Shown in pieces: positions 44,920 through 52,807 of a stretch of DNA of 55,326 nt. The notes under the pieces are model-generated. The model was not told where the DNA came from, did no database searches, and saw nothing but the letters and a program-made list of their open reading frames with translations. This DNA comes from a virus (taxonomy: Duplodnaviria > Caudoviricetes): positions 1 through 55,326 of the IMG/VR virus record IMGVR_UViG_3300010362_000019; one strand, given 5' to 3'. The first letter of the stretch is position 1. Each line of letters begins with the position of its first letter. The position numbers and the translations under genes are program-made.

Positions 44920-46161
44920 ATGACGATCCTCGCCTGGGTCAGTGTCAGCGGCGGCCCGTGGAACGGCGACGCATCAGCAAACCCTGAGACCGGAGCTGGT
45001 GGCGTTGATCTGACCGCGGTCGGCGTCAATGCGCTCTTTCCGATCATCAGCATCAGCGGTGGCGGCCGGCAGACAGCCAACTTCGGCAACGCTCCGTTCG
45101 CCTACACCGTGCCCACTGGATACACCGCGGGGTGGCCTGGGAGCGGGACCGGCGGCTTCACTGCGTTTGATCCAGCGAAGCTACTGGGCACCGGCACGCT
45201 GTCGAACAACAACCGGACCTTCGCGCAGACCAGCAGCTTCGGCCCCACCCAGGTGCAGGTGCCGGATGCGGATGGGAAGACGAGCGGCAGCTACTATTTC
45301 GAGGTCCACTACGACGCGCACGGCGCGCTCTCAAACTTCTTCGGCGCAGGCATCGGCCGGAAATATCCAGGCCTCGACTATGCGTCGTTCGTCAACACAC
45401 TGAGCCCAGGCGACTATGCCGGCGCTGACCACGATGGTGGCATCTTCATCGGGTCAAATTTCCCGTTTGCGGCCCCGAACCAGTATCACAACTACTTCGG
45501 CGCGTTCTCTGTGGTGCTGGCATCCTCGCCGCCGGCCACGTGGTTCTCCTACGAGCCCAATGCGGTCCTGCGCTTCGCCATCACCTTCGGCTTCACCCCG
45601 CCGGTCGGCAACCAGATCACTGGTGTCGGTGATCTCTGGTATGGGCCAACGACCGAGTTCGTCGATCTCAGCGCCTCGTCCAACCGCCGCAAGTTCATCG
45701 GGGTCGACGGCTCGACCCAGTTCCTCGGCGACAATGGCGAGCGACCGTTCAGCAGCCAGCCGCCCATCTTCCTGCACGTTCCGCCTGGGGATCCGCTGCC
45801 CGATCACTTCGCTACCAACTACGGCAACGGTGGCTCGTTCACGATCGCCGATGGATCGCTGCAGCTGTTCGCCGGCTCGATCCCGCCATGCGGTCGCTAC
45901 ACCATCGAGGCTCCAGCTCCGAACACACCGCAGGGCTCCGATCCGCAGATCCGGCTTAGCGTCAGCGACGATGGCGGTCGCACGTTCAGCCTGCTGACGA
46001 AGTGGCGATCGATGGGCAAGATCGGCGAATATCGGAAGCGGCTCCGCTGGTTGAAGATGGGGATGTTCCGGCAGCGGGAGATCCGCCTGGAGATCACGGA
46101 CCCGGTGCGCAGGAACATCGTCGGCATCTATCAGGATGTGTCGAAGGGACTGGACGAGTAA
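44920..46161 (+). CDS. SPRY/LamG lectin-like domains fused to gp10-like C-terminal part
   Basis: TANFGNAPF, TLSNNNRT, KTSGSYYFEV; ends QGSDPQIRLSVSDDGGRTFS...MGKIGEY..RLRW...ITDPV. Confidence 0.8.
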   Translation: MTILAWVSVSGGPWNGDASANPETGAGGVDLTAVGVNALFPIISISGGGRQTANFGNAPFAYTVPTGYTAGWPGSGTGGFTAFDPAKLLGTGTLSNNNRTFAQTSSFGPTQVQVPDADGKTSGSYYFEVHYDAHGALSNFFGAGIGRKYPGLDYASFVNTLSPGDYAGADHDGGIFIGSNFPFAAPNQYHNYFGAFSVVLASSPPATWFSYEPNAVLRFAITFGFTPPVGNQITGVGDLWYGPTTEFVDLSASSNRRKFIGVDGSTQFLGDNGERPFSSQPPIFLHVPPGDPLPDHFATNYGNGGSFTIADGSLQLFAGSIPPCGRYTIEAPAPNTPQGSDPQIRLSVSDDGGRTFSLLTKWRSMGKIGEYRKRLRWLKMGMFRQREIRLEITDPVRRNIVGIYQDVSKGLDE

Positions 46162-47682
46162 GTGTCAGGTCAGATCACGCCGGCAAGCACGCCGCGGCTC
46201 GTAATCCCATACGGCGACAGGCCGATCATCGATCCCAGAACCGGCGGCGCGACATTCGAAATGTATCAGTGGATGCAGCGGGTGAACCGCGGCCTGGGCA
46301 CCACGATCACCAACGTCGACACCACCATCACTCAGGTGAACGAGAACACGATCGCGATCACCGAGGTCGATGCTGATCTGACCCAGATCAATGCTGAGCT
46401 GCTCGAGATCCAGCAGGACATCGATGACCTCGAGGGCTGGGTGCAGATCTTCCTCAACAGCCAGCCTGCGCCGCCGCCCCCACCTCCTGCGGCACCGTTT
46501 ACGTTCCAACGTGGGACGGAGATGCCATTCCCTCCAGCTCCTGTGCGCTGGCCTGGGGCGGCCGACTTCATCCAGCTCGAGAACGGCAGCATACCGGAAA
46601 AGATCTCGAGCATGCCGGCGTTCGATCTAACGCTGCCGCCGACCGGCGCTGAGCTGCTGCCTATCGTGACCGGCAGCGACAACGACAGCATCACCCTGGC
46701 AACGCTCTACACGCTGATTGTGGCTTGGTTGTCTTATGTCGGGACAAATCCGCTAGACGGCACCGCGGGAACACCGTCGGGTTTCCCCATCAGTTTCGAG
46801 GGCGGCAGCGCATTCCCGACAAGCAATGCCACGGCTGAAAACGTCACACTTCTGAGTGGATTTGGCGACGGTTCGGGCTCTGGCGGCAATCTCAACCATT
46901 TCGCCGGCGGCGGCGGCGACACGGGCGCTGGTGGCTCGATCAACATCTTCGCTGGCACAGGTGGTGCCATAAGTGGTGATGGCGGCGCTGCTTCCTTCGG
47001 TGCGGGCAATGCTACAAACGCGGGTAACGGCGGCACGGTTGCGATCACTAGCGGCAGTGGCGGCGCATCGTCAGGCGATAGCGGAGCCATCAACATTGCA
47101 ACCGGCGCAGCGCCATCCGGCACGCGCGGCAATATCGTGCTCGATGCGCCGCTAATCACGAACGTCCAAAATTTTCCTCTGGAAATTTGCAGTGTCGCTG
47201 CGACCGGCGCCAATACTGACGCCGTTGACGTTTTCAGCGGTGTCGCGACCACAGGCAACAGCGGCGAAACCTCCCTGTCGACCGGGAACACCTCAGACGG
47301 CAACAGCGGCGCTGTGTCTGCTTTTAGTGGTGACGTGACCAGCGGAACGGGCGACAGCGGCGAAGCGTTTCTGGGGACGGGCAACAGTGCCACTGGCACA
47401 ACCGGCGCAACGGCGGTCTATACCGGCGATGCCGCAGCTGGGTCGTCGGGGCTTATCGGCATCAGCACAGGCGTTGCTGGCGCTGGCAACAGCGGCAACA
47501 TCGGTCTCAAGACCGGCGATGCGACCGGCGGCAACAGCGGCGACATCGCGCTGGAGATCGGCACAGCGACCGGAACCCAAGGTGTCGTCCTGGCGGTTAA
47601 TTGGCCGACCAGTGCAGCGGGGCTACCTGCAAATGCATTGTGGGTCGATACCGGCGCCGGAAATGTCGTAAAGCGGGTCTGA
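46162..47682 (+). CDS. Tail needle/fibre protein
   Basis: PIIDPRTG...WMQR N-terminus, coiled coil, Pro linker, Gly-rich SGxxxIxTG repeats. Confidence 0.7.
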   Translation: MSGQITPASTPRLVIPYGDRPIIDPRTGGATFEMYQWMQRVNRGLGTTITNVDTTITQVNENTIAITEVDADLTQINAELLEIQQDIDDLEGWVQIFLNSQPAPPPPPPAAPFTFQRGTEMPFPPAPVRWPGAADFIQLENGSIPEKISSMPAFDLTLPPTGAELLPIVTGSDNDSITLATLYTLIVAWLSYVGTNPLDGTAGTPSGFPISFEGGSAFPTSNATAENVTLLSGFGDGSGSGGNLNHFAGGGGDTGAGGSINIFAGTGGAISGDGGAASFGAGNATNAGNGGTVAITSGSGGASSGDSGAINIATGAAPSGTRGNIVLDAPLITNVQNFPLEICSVAATGANTDAVDVFSGVATTGNSGETSLSTGNTSDGNSGAVSAFSGDVTSGTGDSGEAFLGTGNSATGTTGATAVYTGDAAAGSSGLIGISTGVAGAGNSGNIGLKTGDATGGNSGDIALEIGTATGTQGVVLAVNWPTSAAGLPANALWVDTGAGNVVKRV

Positions 47683-47684
47683 TC

Positions 47685-47945
47685 ATGCCCAACACCCGCG
47701 TCATCAGCACGACGGTCGTAGAGTTCACCAAGGACGAGGCCGACAAGCTGATTGCTGAGCACATGCCGGCGCTGTCGCCTGATGAAGCGACGCTGTCTGG
47801 AGGCAAGCTCACCTTCAGTCTGAACCAGCAGGCAATCGCAAAAGTGCTCGCTGAGATGATCCCAGGCCTGCCAGCGAAGTTTTCGATCGCCCAGGTCAAC
47901 GGTAATCCCAAGATCGCGCTGCGGGTCACCTTCCTGACGCCGTAG
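47685..47945 (+). CDS. Hypothetical protein
   Basis: ATG 2 nt after upstream stop. Confidence 0.55.
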   Translation: MPNTRVISTTVVEFTKDEADKLIAEHMPALSPDEATLSGGKLTFSLNQQAIAKVLAEMIPGLPAKFSIAQVNGNPKIALRVTFLTP

Positions 47946-48034
47946 TTGCGCGCGAGCTGCACTGTGCTGTAACGATTTGAACAGCCAGGGCCGCGCCCAG
48001 GCGAGATAGAGCTGCACCACCACCAGAGAGTCGG

Positions 48035-48373
48035 ATGGCGTTCTATCTCCAGCAACTCGTAGCCGCGGCCTTCATCCCGAACGCCAACACGACGATGTAT
48101 ACGAGCGGGACGAACACGACGACGCGCATCGATGCGCTCACCGTGACCAACGTCGACAGCGTCGCACGCACAGTGACCATCCACCTCGTCGCCAACGGTG
48201 GCAGTGCGAGCACCGGCAACACCACCACCCAGACACAGAGCATCCAGCCAGGGCAGACCTGGGTGTCGCCAAACGAGATCGGCAAGGTGCTGAACACGGG
48301 CGACTTCATCAGCGCTGTCGCCTCGGCTTCCAATGCCCTGGTCATGTCGGCCGGCGGGATGATCCAGGCATGA
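48035..48373 (+). CDS. Small beta-sandwich tail-associated protein
   Basis: TTMYT...IDALTVTN...VTIHLV..GG...VLNTGDFI. Confidence 0.7.
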   Translation: MAFYLQQLVAAAFIPNANTTMYTSGTNTTTRIDALTVTNVDSVARTVTIHLVANGGSASTGNTTTQTQSIQPGQTWVSPNEIGKVLNTGDFISAVASASNALVMSAGGMIQA

Positions 48374-48933
48374 CGACTTACCTTCCGCACCCGCGCAAGC
48401 ATCTCAAGCTGATCGGGCATGTCGACATCGCGTGGTTTCTGCCGGCGCTCACCGAGCACCGCGAGCGGTTCGACGACTCGACGTGGCGCCAGGACCATCC
48501 CCAGTCACCGCACGGTGCGACTCGGACGATCTATCTCCGAATGCCGCAGGAAATCACGCTCGACTCGGTGCTCGAGTCGCTCGAGGTCGTCGACCAGCCG
48601 GCGTTGCTGCAGGTTTATCCGTTCGCCAAGCTGGCATCCTCGATGGCCGCTGAGCTGGATGCCGGCGATCGGGTCGCACGCGTGATGCTGATCGAGCTGG
48701 CGCCGCGGTCGCGCATCGCCGAGCACCGCGACGAGGGCGGCTATGCCGAGGCGACCGAGCGCTATCACCTACCCATCACCACCAACCCCGACTGCATCGT
48801 GCACATCAATGGTGAGTTCGCTCATCTCGAGCCGGGCGACGTCTGGTGGTTCGACAAGCACTCGCCGCACAGCGTCGTCAACATGGGTCGCGAGCCGCGG
48901 GTGCACATGGTCATGGATCTGTTCCGGCCATGA
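48370..48933 (+). CDS. Aspartyl/asparaginyl beta-hydroxylase-like 2OG-Fe(II) oxygenase
   Basis: RVMLIELAP..I.EHRD (HxD), RYHLPITTN, GDVWWFD...HSVVN...RVHMVMD. Confidence 0.85.
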   Translation: MTTYLPHPRKHLKLIGHVDIAWFLPALTEHRERFDDSTWRQDHPQSPHGATRTIYLRMPQEITLDSVLESLEVVDQPALLQVYPFAKLASSMAAELDAGDRVARVMLIELAPRSRIAEHRDEGGYAEATERYHLPITTNPDCIVHINGEFAHLEPGDVWWFDKHSPHSVVNMGREPRVHMVMDLFRP

Positions 48934-49424
48934 ACGCGATGAGCCCCATCCTGGCGGCGATGGACGATGTCCAGTTCCGCGAAGAGCGCTTCAGCGATCT
49001 GCGTGACGAAGGCTCGTTCCTGTTCAAGGCGCACTGGCTCGAGGCCAACGTCGACCCATCGTGCCCGCTCGATGTCGACTGGGAGATCTACGAGAAGTTC
49101 GAAGCTCTGGACCTCGCCGTCTGTGTCACAGCGCGAGCTGGCATCCGGCTGATTGGCTACGCGGTCTACATGATCGTCCCGTCGATGCACTACCGCGGCC
49201 GGCGGCTCGGTGTGGCCGACGTGTTCTACCTGATGCCGTTCTATCGCCGCGGCTGGGTCGGTGTGCAGCTGTTTCGCAGCGCAGAGGATGTGCTGCGTCA
49301 GCGCGGTGTCCACGTCATGGAAACGCGGGTGAAGAACCACGTCAAAGACGGGCGCGTCGGCAGCATCATGCAGCGCCTGGGCGCGGTCTGTGTCGAAACC
49401 CAATGGCGAAAGGCCCTGGACTGA
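48930..49424 (+). CDS. GNAT-family acetyltransferase-like protein
   Basis: LIGY, DVFYLMPFYRRGWVGVQLF, RLG. Confidence 0.75.
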   Translation: MNAMSPILAAMDDVQFREERFSDLRDEGSFLFKAHWLEANVDPSCPLDVDWEIYEKFEALDLAVCVTARAGIRLIGYAVYMIVPSMHYRGRRLGVADVFYLMPFYRRGWVGVQLFRSAEDVLRQRGVHVMETRVKNHVKDGRVGSIMQRLGAVCVETQWRKALD

Positions 49425-50221
49425 TGGTTGGAACCGTTGGGGCTATCGTCGGCATTGTCGGTGCGGGCACCCAGCTTGCCGGTGGCATCATGGGTGGCAA
49501 CGCTTCGAAAGCGGCGGGCGCACAGCAGGCCCAGGCGATCAGCCAGGGCATCGGTTTCGAGCAGGGCGTCTACAACGAGGCGAAATCCAACTTCGCGCCA
49601 TACATCCAGCAGGGTCAGAACGCCCTGCAGAGCATCGCGCAATTCTACGGGCTCGCGCCTGGGGGCGGCGCGGCGAAGGCCTACCAGAATTATCAGAACA
49701 CCCCGTTCTACCAGTTTCCCCTGCAACAATCGCTCGACACGCTGAACCGACAGGCGGCGCGCCGCGGTCTCAACCTGTCAGGCGGCCAGCTCAATGCGCT
49801 GCAGAGCTATGCGCAGGACTACGCGTCTAAGAATTTCCAGACCTACCTGCAGGGCCTCAGCGGCCTTGCAGGCGGTGGCATGACTGCGTCGCAGAACATC
49901 GCATCCGCCGGCACAAACCTCGGCCAGGACATGATGCGCGGCTACACCGGTATGGGCATCAGCAACGCCGCCGGCACGATGGGCAAAGCCAACCAGACGA
50001 ACGATGCGCTGGGTGGTGTGGCACCGCTCATTCAAGGCGCAGGCAATCTCTACGACAGCCTGACCAAGAGCAGCTATGACCCAACGCCGAGCGGTAACGG
50101 CACGACCGTGCCGACATATCAGGGCAGCCTTGCTGGTTACGACATGACCGCTGGTCAGACGGCGCCTGGGTTCACGTGGGGTGGCCAGGGTGGCTACTCG
50201 TCTTCGCAATACGGTGAATAA
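49424..50221 (+). CDS. DNA transfer/ejection protein (P22 gp7-like)
   Basis: Gly/Ala-rich N-terminus, APYIQQGQNAL, NTPFYQF, AARRG..LSG..LNAL. Confidence 0.8.
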   Translation: MVGTVGAIVGIVGAGTQLAGGIMGGNASKAAGAQQAQAISQGIGFEQGVYNEAKSNFAPYIQQGQNALQSIAQFYGLAPGGGAAKAYQNYQNTPFYQFPLQQSLDTLNRQAARRGLNLSGGQLNALQSYAQDYASKNFQTYLQGLSGLAGGGMTASQNIASAGTNLGQDMMRGYTGMGISNAAGTMGKANQTNDALGGVAPLIQGAGNLYDSLTKSSYDPTPSGNGTTVPTYQGSLAGYDMTAGQTAPGFTWGGQGGYSSSQYGE

Positions 50222-52804
50222 ATGAGCGGCGCTCTATGGGTTCCACTGCAGGGTCGGCGGGTCGAACCGTTCAACTCTCTGCAGCAGTATTTCAACGCGC
50301 AGAAGACACAGGCCGACGTCGGCTACACAAAAGCACAGACCGAGCTGACCGACGCGAGCACGGTCAAGCAGCAGATCGAGAATGAGCTGGGGCGCCTGGG
50401 CTACACCTACAGCCGCTATGGGTTCGACAAAGGCCTGGGCTCGCAAGGCACGACGCTGCCGACTTTCGGCAAGCTGCCGCCCCCGCCTGAGCCGGTCACT
50501 GAACCAACGCAGCAGAGCCAGCAGCCAAACTTTGAAGGCGGCTACGGCGATGAGCCTGAGCCGCAGCAGCAGGGTGCAAATCCTCCGAGACAGCAGCAGT
50601 CCGAAGCACTGCCGTTGCCTCCGATCCCTCCCGGCTACACACCGCCTGGGCAGACGCGTCAGGCGATGGGTTCTGATGGCAACACCTACACGGTCCCCAG
50701 CTCACCGAACCCGCTGCAGCAGATGCGACCAGCTCAGGTCGCGGGCTTTCCATCGCCAGGACAAATCACCGCCCAGGCGCAACAGCAGCCACCCATTCCT
50801 CCAGGCCTTATGCAGCAGGCCGCACAGACCGCTACGCCGGCTGCAGCGCCCGTAGCTAACCAACAAGCCACCCAGACAGCGCCAGCCCCACCGGAGGCTC
50901 CAGAGGGCGTTATTCCCGATCCAGCTCCTGGCGCGGGACCGCGCAATCCGTGGAGTGGATTAGATCCCAACGGCACGAGCCCTGCCGGCCTCTACATCCC
51001 CGGCCAAGGTGCGGCGTCGTTGCCGATCGGACTGGCAGCCGCTGCAGCTCGAGATCCCAAGTCACAGAACGACGCTCTGGCGCAGCGTCGCGTGGTGCTG
51101 CAGCAGCTCGTTGGCGAAGCGACGGATCTCCCGAGCTGGAACCGCAGCGTCGCTGCAGCGTGGAGGCTTGGCTGGATCAACAACGGTGAAGCCCAGCATT
51201 TCTGGAACCACCCGAGCTACAAGAAACCGCTGCTCAGTTCGTTCGCGTCGCCGGAAGCGCAGCTGGATTATGCCGCGCGAGGACTGGCACAAGGACTGTC
51301 CATTGAACCGCGCTCAGGCGGCTTCGTGCCGAGCCCGACCGCCGCGGCCGGTCGCACCCTCATGCGGGGAGCGGAGGCGCAGTTCGATCTGCACACCATC
51401 GATGTGCCGAACGGCGACGGCACCTACCAGACAGTGCAGGTGCAGGGCGGCCCCAACTACTTGCGGTTCATGCAGCAGCACGCTGGTGCGCGCGATGCGA
51501 CCACGCAGTCAGTCCATTTTGATCCGCGCGATGCCACCTTCCTGCCGGCGCTGCAGTCGATCCCGCCTGAGTATCGCGAGATGGCGATTGATGCCGCGCA
51601 GACGGCCAACATCCCGCTGTCGATGCTGGCGTCGACCATCAACGTCGAGAGCGGATGGAACCCAGGCAAGGTCGGCAGCAAGCGTGAGGTCGGCCTGGGC
51701 CAGATCTTGCCCAGCACCGCGCCATACATCCTCGCTGGTCCCAATCAGCGTGCATACACGCTCGATGAGCTGAAGGATCCTCGCAATAACCTGACAGCGT
51801 CGGCGGCGTATCTGCGCGCGATGTTGGACAGGAGCGGCGGCAACATCGGCCTCGCGGCGGCGCGCTACAATGGGGTGAACAATCCGCAATACCTCAACGA
51901 CTGGCTGAACGACTACAAGCGGTTTGGTGGGTTCATCATCCCTGCCGGCGCTCCGGTCGGTGGTGGCGGCGGGCAGCCCGGTAGTCCAGGCGCCATCCCA
52001 GGCCCGACCAAGCTGAGCGCACCGAATGAAAAGCGCTACGAGGAAGGCAACGCCCTCATCCCCAAAGACGCTGAGGAGGTCAACAGCCGCCTCAAGCAAA
52101 TGAAGGACAGCCTGGGCCAGCAGATGCAGATGCAGGTGCTGGAGCCGCTCATCGACGAGGCGAACCCAGGCGCGTTTGGTCGCGCGCGCGGAGCTGCAGA
52201 AAACTTCCTCAAGACGTTCATGCCCGAGGGCAGCGAGAAGACGTGGCTCGGCAAGTTCACCAACGCGGTCACCGGTATCGATCCGTCGAAGGCGAGCGCG
52301 ATGCAGGAGCTGGCGAAGATCACGTTGTCGATCGCCGGCTCAGCTGGTGAACAGGTCGCCGGCAAGAACACGGGCCTGGGCATCGTCCAGCTGTATCAGA
52401 GCGCGTTCCCAGGCCCCGAGACGCAGGCTGATGCGTTCAAGAATATGCTGCACCTGTTTGAGGTCGCCCATCAGGCGCAGATCGACTACAGCGATCAGAG
52501 CAACGACCATTTCATCAACGCACGCCACGAATTTGGCACAGCAAACGGTGCCAAAGTTTATCGCGGGCTGAACGAATTTGACTCGAACTGGCAGAAGCAG
52601 AGCGGCATCCACGCACCAAGGGTCTATGTCGCAGCCGCGGCCATCTTGAACGGTGTGCCCGAAGATGACTGGACCAAGACGCTCGAGACCAGGGACCAAC
52701 GCGTCGAGGCGATCAGGATTGCGATGCGCGCCAACCCGCTGGGCACGCGTGCATACATTGGTCCAGACGGTCAGAAGCAGCTCATCCCGCTGAGGCCGCA
52801 GTAG
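50222..52804 (+). CDS. Ejection protein with lytic transglycosylase (SLT) domain
   Basis: INVESGWNP (catalytic E), GLGQILPSTA, DPRNN..SAAYL, AAARYNG. Confidence 0.8.
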   Translation: MSGALWVPLQGRRVEPFNSLQQYFNAQKTQADVGYTKAQTELTDASTVKQQIENELGRLGYTYSRYGFDKGLGSQGTTLPTFGKLPPPPEPVTEPTQQSQQPNFEGGYGDEPEPQQQGANPPRQQQSEALPLPPIPPGYTPPGQTRQAMGSDGNTYTVPSSPNPLQQMRPAQVAGFPSPGQITAQAQQQPPIPPGLMQQAAQTATPAAAPVANQQATQTAPAPPEAPEGVIPDPAPGAGPRNPWSGLDPNGTSPAGLYIPGQGAASLPIGLAAAAARDPKSQNDALAQRRVVLQQLVGEATDLPSWNRSVAAAWRLGWINNGEAQHFWNHPSYKKPLLSSFASPEAQLDYAARGLAQGLSIEPRSGGFVPSPTAAAGRTLMRGAEAQFDLHTIDVPNGDGTYQTVQVQGGPNYLRFMQQHAGARDATTQSVHFDPRDATFLPALQSIPPEYREMAIDAAQTANIPLSMLASTINVESGWNPGKVGSKREVGLGQILPSTAPYILAGPNQRAYTLDELKDPRNNLTASAAYLRAMLDRSGGNIGLAAARYNGVNNPQYLNDWLNDYKRFGGFIIPAGAPVGGGGGQPGSPGAIPGPTKLSAPNEKRYEEGNALIPKDAEEVNSRLKQMKDSLGQQMQMQVLEPLIDEANPGAFGRARGAAENFLKTFMPEGSEKTWLGKFTNAVTGIDPSKASAMQELAKITLSIAGSAGEQVAGKNTGLGIVQLYQSAFPGPETQADAFKNMLHLFEVAHQAQIDYSDQSNDHFINARHEFGTANGAKVYRGLNEFDSNWQKQSGIHAPRVYVAAAAILNGVPEDDWTKTLETRDQRVEAIRIAMRANPLGTRAYIGPDGQKQLIPLRPQ

Positions 52805-52807
52805 CAG

